Assembly: GCA_035309205.1 (NCBI GenBank)
Contig: DATGFI010000637.1
Span: 1 to 27,234 of the forward strand
Direction of reading: 5' to 3'
From: Planctomycetota bacterium
Lineage (GTDB): Bacteria > Planctomycetota > MHYJ01 > JACPRB01
Length of the DNA stretch: 27,234 nt
This document shows positions 16,083 through 24,304 of this stretch, one piece after another. Both the position numbers and the translations under genes were made by a program. The notes beneath the pieces are model-generated. The model was not told where the DNA came from and made no database searches. It saw only the letters and a list, made by a program, of their open reading frames with translations. Position 1 is the first letter of the stretch; every line of letters starts with the position of its first letter.

Positions 16083-16262
16083 ATGGAATACGGCAGAACC
16101 CCGCGCACCGAGGTGGGGATCCCTCGTCCCCCTTCGGATGAGCTCTCGAAGGCTCTCCTCGGCGAGGATTCCCGCCTCGATCGGAGCGCTGACCCCCTCT
16201 TCCGCGTCTTCCCCGGTCCGGGACTCCCGCTCGGAGGGGCGGACCGCCTCCTCGAGCTCTAG
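16083..16262 (+). CDS. Small hypothetical protein (59 aa)
   Basis: Fills the gap between the epimerase and GT4 on the same strand, with GC3-rich codons. A -10-like TATAGT lies at 16066-16071. No motif recognised. Confidence 0.4.
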   Translation: MEYGRTPRTEVGIPRPPSDELSKALLGEDSRLDRSADPLFRVFPGPGLPLGGADRLLEL

Positions 16263-16278
16263 CGCCCGGATTGTCCGC

Positions 16279-17238
16279 ATGCGCGTGCTGATGCTCACCC
16301 ATTCGTCGGACACTCCCAGCACCCGCCACCGCATCCTCCCGCTTCTTCCGCTCTTTCGACGCGACGGCGTCGACGTCGAACATCTCGAGATTCCGTCCGG
16401 CCTGGTGGACCGCTGGAGGATTCTTCAACGGGCGCCCTCGTTCGACATCATCGTGCACCAGAAACGGCTGCTTCCGGCGTGGCAGATGCGGGCGCTTAAG
16501 ACTCATGCCAAGGCGCTCGTCTACGACTTCGACGATCCCATGGTCTACGCGCGACGGGGCGGGGCGATCGCGCTCTCCTCGACTCGCGTTGCCCGCTTCC
16601 GCGCCGCGATGGCGGCGGCGGACGCGGTCGTCTGCCATGCCGGCTCCGACGCGCTCGCGCGGGAATATGGCGCGTCAAGAATCGTGGTGATCCCCACGCC
16701 GGTCGACCTGGCGCGCTGGCCCATGAAGACCTCCTGGGCGTCCTCCGAATTGACGCTGGGCTGGCTCGGCACCGCGGCGAATCTTCCCAATCTGAAGGAG
16801 ATCGCCCCGGCGCTGGCCGGTCGAAAGCTCCGGATCGTGGCTGACGCATCGGTCGACCTGCCCGGGGTGGCGGTCGAGTATGTCAAATGGAACGAGGCCA
16901 ATGAGGCCCAAGAGGTGCGGGCTTTCGACGTCGGGATCGCGCCGTTGCCCGACGACGTCTGGAGCCGCTTCAAGATGCCCTTCAAGATCGTGCCCTACCT
17001 GGCCTCGGGAGTCCCGGTACTCGCGACGGCCCTGGGGGCGGTGTCAGCAGTGATCCGCGACAACGAAAATGGACTTCTGGCGGGCGACTGGAAGACCCAG
17101 ATCGCGAGGCTGGAAGATCCCGCGCTTCGCGAGCGGCTGGGCCGCCAAGGCCGCAGGACGGCCGAGGCGGACTTTACGATCGAAGCGGCCTATTCGAAGT
17201 GGAAGGCCTTGTTCCGATCGCTGGCCGACCGCTCCTAA
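16279..17238 (+). CDS. Glycosyltransferase family 4 (GT-B)
   Basis: MRVLMLTH start, VYDFDD, LGWLGT, and FDVGIAPL...FKIVPYLASGVPVLAT...VIRDNENGLL. Confidence 0.87.
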   Translation: MRVLMLTHSSDTPSTRHRILPLLPLFRRDGVDVEHLEIPSGLVDRWRILQRAPSFDIIVHQKRLLPAWQMRALKTHAKALVYDFDDPMVYARRGGAIALSSTRVARFRAAMAAADAVVCHAGSDALAREYGASRIVVIPTPVDLARWPMKTSWASSELTLGWLGTAANLPNLKEIAPALAGRKLRIVADASVDLPGVAVEYVKWNEANEAQEVRAFDVGIAPLPDDVWSRFKMPFKIVPYLASGVPVLATALGAVSAVIRDNENGLLAGDWKTQIARLEDPALRERLGRQGRRTAEADFTIEAAYSKWKALFRSLADRS

Positions 17239-18450
17239 CTACTTGGCGATTTGCCGGATCTCCCCGAGCAGGGCCTCGTCGGGGGTCCCCGACTTCAGGC
17301 GCTCCGCGAATTCAGCGACGCCCGGCCTCTTCGCAGACCGGTCCACCGCGTCGATCAGGAGCGGGCGCAGCCCGCTGCGGCGGAGATCGTTGGCGATCCA
17401 CAGGTCAAATTCACGCCCCGCGACGACGACGGCTTCCTCGAGATAGCGTCGCAAGGCGTCGAATTCGAAGAGATCGCCCCGGAACGTTTTCCCACGCTTG
17501 TGATCCGTGTAGTAGCTGCTGGGGCCGTCGAACTTGCCTTCTCTCCAGGTGAACAAGGACATGGACACGGCAAGGTCCCCGGCCGTGAGGGCAATTTGGA
17601 GCGCGGCGGCCGGGAAGAGTCCCGTGGTGCTAAAGCCGTTGGCTCGTGCTTCCATCCGGCGCGCCTCGGCGATGAGCCCCTTCTCCCGGGCCTTGAAGAG
17701 CTCCACCGTGGTGCACGAGGCCTCGGCGCGGGCTACCAGGTCGCGCGCCTCAGCCGAAAGCTGGGTCAGCTCAGCCAGCTGAGGCTCAAGCCGCGACAGC
17801 AGGCCGTCGTCCCACAGGAAGGCAACGAACGCCCACTCCCGATCCGACTCCCTGATCCGGAACTGGTTCAGGACGGGAATCTCCTGAGCCTCGTCCGGAG
17901 CCCGGAAGACCACCCTCGCGATCCCCGGCGGAGGGGCATCCCATTCCACGGTGAAGCCGCCGCCTTCCAGGCGGGTCGGATTGGGGAAGGTCGAAAGCGG
18001 ATTCTCCTCGAGGCGGCCCTTCACCAGGCGGTTCGCGGCCGGCACCAGCAGGGCGTGGAACACGGTCCCTTCCGGTAGAGGGGAATGTCCCTCAAAGCGG
18101 AGCCTCCCGACCGAATCGGCCCCTTTCGCGGTCTCCAGGACGCCGGTGAGAAACTCATTGCCGCCGGTCATCCGGACCGCGGTTGAGGACGGGGGGCGCT
18201 CCTGGGCCTCCTTCGAAAACGGGACCGGACGGGTCCCTGCAGGGAACTCGCTGCGCATGGCCCCGTACACCAGGGCGCAGACCAGCAGCGCGGCGGCGGC
18301 GATGGCAAGGCCACGGGAACGACCGGTGGGATTCGATTCCGCGGCGCGCAGGAACTCGGCGCGGGCGCGCAGGGTTCTCTGGCTGTCCACCGGCAACGCC
18401 GCCTGCCGGACCAGCCGGCCAAGATTCCTCTCGAAGAGATCAGAGCTCAT
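17239..18450 (-). CDS. Single-pass membrane protein, putative anti-sigma factor
   Basis: Start overlaps the ECF stop by 11 nt. Short cytoplasmic N-terminus, one TM helix (GLAIAAAALLVCALVYGAM), and a large C-terminal domain of unknown family. Confidence 0.6.
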   Translation of the reverse strand: MSSDLFERNLGRLVRQAALPVDSQRTLRARAEFLRAAESNPTGRSRGLAIAAAALLVCALVYGAMRSEFPAGTRPVPFSKEAQERPPSSTAVRMTGGNEFLTGVLETAKGADSVGRLRFEGHSPLPEGTVFHALLVPAANRLVKGRLEENPLSTFPNPTRLEGGGFTVEWDAPPPGIARVVFRAPDEAQEIPVLNQFRIRESDREWAFVAFLWDDGLLSRLEPQLAELTQLSAEARDLVARAEASCTTVELFKAREKGLIAEARRMEARANGFSTTGLFPAAALQIALTAGDLAVSMSLFTWREGKFDGPSSYYTDHKRGKTFRGDLFEFDALRRYLEEAVVVAGREFDLWIANDLRRSGLRPLLIDAVDRSAKRPGVAEFAERLKSGTPDEALLGEIRQIAK

Positions 18451-18970
18451 CGTCGCCTCCTTCGATCAGCCGTTCGCGAAGGGCTTCGCGGGCGCGGTGC
18501 AATCTGGACTCGATCGCCTTCTCGGTCTCGCCCAACGCCCGGGCGATCATCCGGATCGGCATGTCCTGGAAGTATCGGCGCAGGAGGACGTCGCGCTGCC
18601 CGGCCTGGAGGGACTCCAGCGCCCGGCGGACCGCGCCGATCATGTCGGCACTCCGGAGGATGTCGTCGGGGAGTTCCTCGCGGTCGATCGACGCGAGCGC
18701 GTCCTGGACGCGGTCGCGGGTCCGGTCGGCTCGGCGCCGCGTGCGGACCCGGTTCCGGGCGATGCCCAGAAGCCAGGCGTCCAGCGGCGCATCGCCGCGA
18801 TACTGGCCGCGATTGCGCCAGGCATGGAGGAGGGTTTCCTGGACGAGGTCGTCGACGTCGGCCGAGGAGGCGCCACTGGCGGAGGCGATGAAGCGGAAGA
18901 CGCGGGGATAGAACTCGTCGAAGAACGCCGCCGGATCCGATTCCAATCGCAGGATCGCGAAGTTCAGCAT
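18440..18970 (-). CDS. ECF RNA polymerase sigma factor
   Basis: YPRVFRFI...DVDDLVQETLLHAWRNRGQYRGDAPLDAWLLGIARN; region 4 QRDVLLRRYFQDMPIRMIARALGETEKAIESRLHRAR. Start placed at the ATG at 18970. Confidence 0.88.
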   Translation of the reverse strand: MLNFAILRLESDPAAFFDEFYPRVFRFIASASGASSADVDDLVQETLLHAWRNRGQYRGDAPLDAWLLGIARNRVRTRRRADRTRDRVQDALASIDREELPDDILRSADMIGAVRRALESLQAGQRDVLLRRYFQDMPIRMIARALGETEKAIESRLHRAREALRERLIEGGDDEL

Positions 18971-19070
18971 GGCTAACCGGTAGTTGCGCGATTGGGCTCG
19001 ATCCCTCGAAAAATCCGTCGTCCGACTGAATTCTACCCCGGGCGCCGGTCCGGGATGGCAAGATGGGGGT

Positions 19071-20678
19071 ATGAAGAACCTGGGGGCCGCGGCTGTCATG
19101 CTCCTGGTCGGCTGCGCCGTTCCTGCGGAGCGGCGGGTGGACGAGGTGCGGCTCCGGGCTCTGGACACGCCGGACCGGGTCCGCCGGGAGCTGGCCTTCC
19201 AGGATCTCCTGCGCGGGGAAGGGGCGCCCGTTCCGCTCCTTCGCGCGGCCCTAGGCATGGGCGCGGAACACGGATTCCCGGCGGTGGCCCTGCTCTACGC
19301 GCAGGGCCGGGGCGACGCTGCGCCCCTGGAACTGCGGGCCCGGCATCTGGCGGCCTTCGAGTGGCCGGCCGATCCCACGGGGGAAAACGCCGTGGTCGAG
19401 CCGTACGTTCGTGCCGCGGTCGAGCAGGATCTAGCGAGGGCCGGAATCGCCGCGCTGCCGATTCTAGCGCGGGTCCTCGACGGCGAGGCCGTGACGGAGG
19501 CCGCGCAACTGAGGGTCGCCCGCGTGATGCTGAGAATCGGCGGCCGGTCGGCGGCGCGGGAGTTCGCTCGCTTGCTCGACTCGGACAACGCGCAGGAGAC
19601 CGCAGCCTGCGCGCTCCTTTACATGGGTCGTCAGGAGCTGTCGCTTCGGCTGGCGTCGCCGGAGGCGAGGGTCGTCGCGGCGAAGAAATGGTGGGAGCTC
19701 GCGGCGGACTTTCCGGAGAGCGAATGGATCCGCGAGGCTGTCGACACGCTCGCTTCACGTTACCAGGCGAAGGATCCCGAGGGAGTGCGGCCGGTCCTCG
19801 AACAGCTCGTCGGAAAGCCCGTGGAGGATCCGAAGGCCTGGATGGAGGAGAATCGGGGCTGGCAGCCCGCGCCCGCTCCGCTCAAACCCGAAGAACTGCT
19901 CCCGTCGCTCTCCCTCGACCGGTCCCGCGCCTACGACGCCAACCGTCGGCTCGAGGAAGCCACGGGGATCCACGTCTTCATGCCGAAGCTCGAGCGGCTC
20001 TCTGATCTCTGCTCGGCGCTGCGCCTGTGGCAGCCGCCGGCCGACCTCGAAGCGCGCTGGCGCCGGGTGCTCCAGGCTCCGCTCCTTCGCCTGTCGATCG
20101 CCGTCATCGGGATGTCCCCTCGCACCGAAGATCACCGGATCCGCTGGGCTTATGAAACCCACTTCCATCCTCTGGAGGAGGATTCCGGCGAGCTACGGAT
20201 CGAGACCGAGACAGAGAACTACACCCTCTTCGTGCAGTCGCTGGAGCTGGGGACGCGGATCCTGGCGAGCGAAGCCCACGCCTTGCGGGGGTCCTGGACC
20301 GGAACGGTGCGGGAGTTCCGGGAGAGCCGTCCCCTGGTGATGTTTTCCGAGCCTTTTCGGGCCGCGCTCGTCGCCGTGGTCGAAGAAGTCTCGTCCCGCC
20401 GTTCCCCGCCTGCCCCGTCGGTGGCGCAGGCGGAGTGGCGCGCCAGGCTATCGTCCTGGAAGGACTCGCCCGATGCGCTGCGAGCGCTGGCCTACTTCCA
20501 GGATCCCGCGGACCTTCCCTTGCTGCGGGAACGCAAGGCGGGGGCCGCTCTGCTCCTCCTGGGCGACCCGGCCGCGCTCGACCTGCATCCGGGCCTCCGG
20601 CCGCACGAAATCGATCTGGCGCTGCCGAAGGCCGAAGACCCCCGAGTCCGGGCCTACCTCGAGGCCCTGAAGCGCTAG
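19071..20678 (+). CDS. Hypothetical lipoprotein, HEAT/ARM-like helical regions
   Basis: MKNLGAAAVMLLVG-C lipobox-like signal, Ala/Leu-rich helical repeats, and biased codon usage. Confidence 0.68.
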   Translation: MKNLGAAAVMLLVGCAVPAERRVDEVRLRALDTPDRVRRELAFQDLLRGEGAPVPLLRAALGMGAEHGFPAVALLYAQGRGDAAPLELRARHLAAFEWPADPTGENAVVEPYVRAAVEQDLARAGIAALPILARVLDGEAVTEAAQLRVARVMLRIGGRSAAREFARLLDSDNAQETAACALLYMGRQELSLRLASPEARVVAAKKWWELAADFPESEWIREAVDTLASRYQAKDPEGVRPVLEQLVGKPVEDPKAWMEENRGWQPAPAPLKPEELLPSLSLDRSRAYDANRRLEEATGIHVFMPKLERLSDLCSALRLWQPPADLEARWRRVLQAPLLRLSIAVIGMSPRTEDHRIRWAYETHFHPLEEDSGELRIETETENYTLFVQSLELGTRILASEAHALRGSWTGTVREFRESRPLVMFSEPFRAALVAVVEEVSSRRSPPAPSVAQAEWRARLSSWKDSPDALRALAYFQDPADLPLLRERKAGAALLLLGDPAALDLHPGLRPHEIDLALPKAEDPRVRAYLEALKR

Positions 20679-21457
20679 AAGCGGACGCCGGCGGTGAGGA
20701 AGATGCCGCTGATGTCGAGGTGGATGTCGAAGCGGTTCGATCCGCCGTGCTGCAGGTCCACCTGGGCTAGCTTATAGCCCACGCCAGCGAAGACCCAGGG
20801 CAGCGGCTGCACCGTGGCCTCGGCGTACGCCTCCAGATAGTCCGCCTTGTTGTCTCCGTACCTGAAGGCCAGCCCCAGGACCTCCACTTCGGCCCGGACC
20901 GTGTCGAAGAACGTCGCGGTGACGTGAGCCCCCAGGGTCGGGAGTCCGACGACGCCGGAATCGCTCCCCCTCGAGCCGCCCCCCGAGATCGATCCATCTC
21001 CCCGAAGGATGCGGACTCCCGCCGAGGCTGCCAGTTCCAGCTTGACCAGGGGGCCGATGGGGATGGTGGGAAAGGCGAATTCGTAGGTGAGATAGCCCAC
21101 ATCGAGGGTGAAGGCGCTGTCGACCTGGGTGGCGACGTTGAAAGTCTGACCGGCGAAGTCCACGGTGCGCGTCAGGGTTTCGCTGCCCGAGTCGTGGGCC
21201 TGCCACCAGCCTGCATAAATCCGGCCGAGTACCGGGAGATGAAGGTAGGCTTGGACCTCGGTGGTCCAGTTTCGGTTGCCCAGGCCCAGGTCGTCAGCAA
21301 GGTCGACCTTGGTGAAGTTGCTGTTGTTGTCCTGCGCTTCGGCGGTGCCGGACATCCGGGCGAACCATTCCCGGACGCGGATGCCCACCGTTTCGTCCTG
21401 GGCCAAGGCAGGAGCGGCCGTCAAGAGCAGAAAGGCCGCCGTAGCGAAGGGTCTCAT
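20675..21457 (-). CDS. Outer-membrane beta-barrel protein
   Basis: Signal peptide ending APALA-Q, alternating amphipathic strands, and a C-terminal GIFLTAGVRF (terminal Phe, BAM signal). Confidence 0.78.
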   Translation of the reverse strand: MRPFATAAFLLLTAAPALAQDETVGIRVREWFARMSGTAEAQDNNSNFTKVDLADDLGLGNRNWTTEVQAYLHLPVLGRIYAGWWQAHDSGSETLTRTVDFAGQTFNVATQVDSAFTLDVGYLTYEFAFPTIPIGPLVKLELAASAGVRILRGDGSISGGGSRGSDSGVVGLPTLGAHVTATFFDTVRAEVEVLGLAFRYGDNKADYLEAYAEATVQPLPWVFAGVGYKLAQVDLQHGGSNRFDIHLDISGIFLTAGVRF

Positions 21458-21493
21458 CCTTACCTCCCATACCCCCGAATTATAGCGCGGAAT

Positions 21494-22819
21494 TCAGATT
21501 TGTTCAGCCCGGACAGGCTCCTGCCGTCCCGCAAGTCGAAAGGCGATCAAGCAGCTCAGGCTGGCCAGGAGCAGCGCGAAGGAGAAAATCGTATAGGCCA
21601 GCTGCTTGGTCCCCACGGCCTCGGAAACCCGCCCAAAGGCGGGGAGGGCGGCGGTATCGCCCAGGCAGTGAAGAATAAAGACGGCCAGCGCGTAGGCCAT
21701 GGCCCTTTTCTCGGCTGGGACGGAATTGGCGATCTGGGTGTTGACGGCGGGCATGCAAAGGAAGTAGCAGAAGGCGCCGATGCCCAGGGCGGGAAGTGCG
21801 ACGTGCATGTCGCGGACGCTGAATCCGACCAGCATGAACGGGAAGCCGACGACGAAAGCCAGGCCGGCCAACAGAGCATAGGCGCCCCGGGAACGGCTCG
21901 CCATGCGATCGCCGATGAATCCCGACGATGCATTGCCGAGCGCCCCGGCCACCAGGGCGATGCTGGCGAGGGACAGGGTGGCCTTGTCCTTGCTGAGCCC
22001 GCGCTCCACCTCGAAGAAGCCCACTCCGAAATGGAGAAAGGGCTGGAGGAACATCACCGCGAAGGCCTGCGCGAGGATGATGAACAGCAGGGTCCGGTTG
22101 GAAAGCAGGTCCAGATAGGGCTTGATGCCTTTGACGGGCGGAGGAGCTCCAGGGTGCGCTCCTGGGTCGGCGCCGGAGCTGGACGGAACGCCGAGATCCG
22201 CGATTTTGGCGGGCGGGACCTGGTCGGAAGTCGGGGCTGTCTGCGGCTGGTCCTCGGCCGAGCTGGGATCGACGAGCCTCCAGATGAGGGCGGCAACGAT
22301 GAACCCCGGAGCACCGGCGATGTAGAACGCCGCGTGCCAGCTGAGATGCTCGGTGATCTGCGCGCCCGCGATGTAGCCGGTAGCGCCTCCCAGCGGCAGC
22401 GCGAGAAAGAAAATCGAGAGCACCCTCCCCCGCACTTCCCTGGAGAAATAATCGCTTAACAGCGTTGGCCCGATCACGAGGCAGCCTGCCTCCCCGACGC
22501 CGATGAAGAAACGGGTCACGTAGAGGACCCACTTGTTCGGCGCCAGGCCCGAACCCACGGTCGCCAGAGACCAGATCAGGACGCAGAGGGCGAAGACGAT
22601 CGGCCGACGGACCCGCGCGATCAGGTGCCCGACGATCGGGGCGAAGACCATGTATCCGAGGGTAAAGGCGCTGCCGATGTAGCCGAATTCCGTCGCCGTG
22701 ATTCCCAGCTCAAGTCGGAGCTGCTTCTCCATGGTCGCCACGACCTGGCGATCGAGATAGCTCAGGAAATTGGCGAAGAAGATGACGGAGAGAGCGTAGC
22801 GAAGGTAGCTCTTGGTCAC
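21494..22819 (-). CDS. MFS transporter (spinster-like)
   Basis: NFLSYLDRQ, FFIGVGEAG, DYFSREVRGRVLSIFF, GDRMASRS and about 12 TM segments. GTG at 22819 is preferred over the ORF-track ATG at 22855 because a TGgCATACT -10 lies 8 nt upstream. Confidence 0.9.
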   Translation of the reverse strand: MTKSYLRYALSVIFFANFLSYLDRQVVATMEKQLRLELGITATEFGYIGSAFTLGYMVFAPIVGHLIARVRRPIVFALCVLIWSLATVGSGLAPNKWVLYVTRFFIGVGEAGCLVIGPTLLSDYFSREVRGRVLSIFFLALPLGGATGYIAGAQITEHLSWHAAFYIAGAPGFIVAALIWRLVDPSSAEDQPQTAPTSDQVPPAKIADLGVPSSSGADPGAHPGAPPPVKGIKPYLDLLSNRTLLFIILAQAFAVMFLQPFLHFGVGFFEVERGLSKDKATLSLASIALVAGALGNASSGFIGDRMASRSRGAYALLAGLAFVVGFPFMLVGFSVRDMHVALPALGIGAFCYFLCMPAVNTQIANSVPAEKRAMAYALAVFILHCLGDTAALPAFGRVSEAVGTKQLAYTIFSFALLLASLSCLIAFRLAGRQEPVRAEQI

Positions 22820-22887
22820 GGGCCGAGAGTATGCCAGATGAGCCGCCGGTGCCACAACCTTTCCGCGCGACGGCGAGCGATTCGCCC

Positions 22888-23385
22888 CTAGCTCAGGGCG
22901 ATGCGGCGGAGCTTCTTCTCGATCGAGGTGTCGATCTTTCCGAACTGGACGCCAAACACAGTGGACCCGTTCGTGAACAGCCGGACGATCTGGCCCTGGA
23001 TCTCGATGTCGTCGACCGGTTTCTGCATGGGACGGATGCCGACCGTGAAGGGAGTCACGGGAAGGGAGCCGGTAGGCAGCGCGACATCGCTGAGCCGGGC
23101 GCCGCCGAGGGAGATGTCGCGGATGGTGGCGACGCCCTGGTCGTAGAGGGAGCCGTCCTTGTGGTAGACGTAGAGTTCGGCGCCGAGGGAGATGTCCTTT
23201 CGGGGAAATCTCCGGCGATGGGCGTATTTCAGGCGGCCGAAGTCATAGCCCATGTCCCGCGCGATCCTGAAGACCTTCTTGATCGTCTCCTTGCGGAAGA
23301 CCGGGCCGGAGCGTCGGTTGAGGATTTTGTTGACGCTGGACACGTCGAGTCCAACGCGCTGGGCGATTTCGACCTGCGTGACCAT
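22888..23385 (-). CDS. LacI-type HTH - PilZ domain fusion protein (putative c-di-GMP-responsive regulator)
   Basis: N-terminus VTQVEIAQRVGLDVSSVNKILN...ETIKKVFRIARDMGY fits the LacI HTH pattern. It is followed by both PilZ motifs, RxxxR (RRFPR) and DxSxxG (DISLGG), and the PilZ-type end GVQF; RBS GGAGG. Confidence 0.8.
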   Translation of the reverse strand: MVTQVEIAQRVGLDVSSVNKILNRRSGPVFRKETIKKVFRIARDMGYDFGRLKYAHRRRFPRKDISLGAELYVYHKDGSLYDQGVATIRDISLGGARLSDVALPTGSLPVTPFTVGIRPMQKPVDDIEIQGQIVRLFTNGSTVFGVQFGKIDTSIEKKLRRIALS

Positions 23386-23445
23386 CCCATTCCCTCCGAA
23401 GTAACCCCTCTCTCCGACTCTGTACCTCTGTACAAGGCCGCCCGC

Positions 23446-23474
23446 AAGATAGGCTCATCCGGAGGGGAAGTCAA
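23446..23474 (-). promoter_or_regulatory. Sigma70-type promoter for the HTH-PilZ gene
   Basis: On the - strand: TTGACT (23474-23469), 17 nt, then TATCTT (23451-23446). Confidence 0.7.
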
Positions 23475-23481
23475 GGAGTTC

Positions 23482-23499
23482 ATGGGTAAATCTACCCAT
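23482..23499. promoter_or_regulatory. 18-bp palindrome, candidate operator
   Basis: ATGGGTAAA|TCTACCCAT (one mismatch from perfect), 7 nt upstream of the -35 above and between the divergent genes. Confidence 0.55.
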
Positions 23500-23620
23500 A
23501 GATCAGGGGGCAGATGGGCGAAATAAAAGAATCGATTTTGTTTGCGCCCGGGGAGCATTTCTATTGTAATCAATCAACTTTCCGCCGGTTGGCGGCGGCA
23601 TGAATTTTGGGGTTGAGAGC

Positions 23621-23932
23621 ATGTACAGCGACAAGCAGTTGACGTGTGTGGATTGTGGCACGGCGTTCACCTTTACCGCGGGCGAGCAGGAGCGGTTCGC
23701 GCAGCTCGGGTTCACGAACGAGCCCAAGCGGTGCGCCCCTTGCCGTGCGGCGAAGAAGGCCTCCGGTGGCGGGGGTGGCGGTGGCGGCGGCGGTGGTGGC
23801 GGCATGGGCGGCCGCAAGGAAATGTTCGACGCGGTTTGCGCCGCGTGCGGCAAGCCGGCGCGGGTTCCGTTCAAGCCGCGCGGGGACCGGCCCGTCTATT
23901 GCAGCGATTGTTTCGGTCAGCAGAGGAGATAG
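23621..23932 (+). CDS. Zinc-ribbon protein with poly-Gly linker and CxxC-x17-CxxC domain
   Basis: DKQLTCVDCGTAFTFTAGEQ...NEPKRCAPCR, then G13, then CAACGKPARVPFKPRGDRPVYCSDCF. Alternative start at 23600. Confidence 0.88.
   Translation: MYSDKQLTCVDCGTAFTFTAGEQERFAQLGFTNEPKRCAPCRAAKKASGGGGGGGGGGGGGMGGRKEMFDAVCAACGKPARVPFKPRGDRPVYCSDCFGQQRR
23765..23803 (+). repeat. (GGN)13 glycine-codon tract inside the Zn-ribbon gene
   Basis: ggtggcgggggtggcggtggcggcggcggtggtggcggc. Confidence 0.85.
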
Positions 23933-23944
23933 GAGGAGAAACGA

Positions 23945-24205
23945 ATGGCAGCGAAAAAGGCGAACAGCGCGTTCATGAAGCCCCTTCAGCCCAGCGACGA
24001 GCTGGCGAAGGTGACCGGACCCAAGCCTCTTCCCCGCAGCGAGGTGGCCAAGAAGCTCTGGGTCTACATCAAGAAGAACGGGCTTCAGGACCAGAAGAAC
24101 AAGCGCATGATCAACGCCGACGACGTGCTGAAGGCCGTTTTCAACGGCAAGAAGCAGGTCAGCATGTTCGAGATGACGGCGCTCGTCTCGAAGCACCTCA
24201 AGTAG
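23945..24205 (+). CDS. Stand-alone SWIB/MDM2 domain protein
   Basis: FMKPLQPSDELAKVTG...PRSEVAKKLWVYIKKNGLQDQKNKRMINADDVLKAVF...SMFEMTALVSKHL; RBS AGGAG. Confidence 0.92.
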   Translation: MAAKKANSAFMKPLQPSDELAKVTGPKPLPRSEVAKKLWVYIKKNGLQDQKNKRMINADDVLKAVFNGKKQVSMFEMTALVSKHLK

Positions 24206-24220
24206 TCTTTCGTTTCAACC

Positions 24221-24244
24221 GCATGACCCCCTCCGGGGTCATGC
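24221..24244 (+). terminator. Hairpin after the SWIB gene (possible terminator, no U-tract)
   Basis: 10-bp perfect stem GCATGACCCC-CTCC-GGGGTCATGC. Confidence 0.5.
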
Positions 24245-24269
24245 TCTACCCTGAACCGGAGAAAAGTTT

Positions 24270-24298
24270 TTGACCCCGTCCCCGGGAGGTGGTACAGT
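24270..24298 (+). promoter_or_regulatory. Sigma70 promoter, predicted leaderless mRNA
   Basis: TTGACC (24270-24275), 17 nt, then TACAGT (24293-24298) with an upstream TG; the ATG lies 6 nt downstream. Confidence 0.7.
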
Positions 24299-24304
24299 CG
24301 AGGC

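Noticed and set aside
23103-23196. 16-nt direct repeat CGCCGAGGGAGATGTC within the HTH-PilZ gene (DISLG twice)
   Set aside because: A short in-frame coding coincidence or old micro-duplication, with no sign of a mobile element or target-site duplication.
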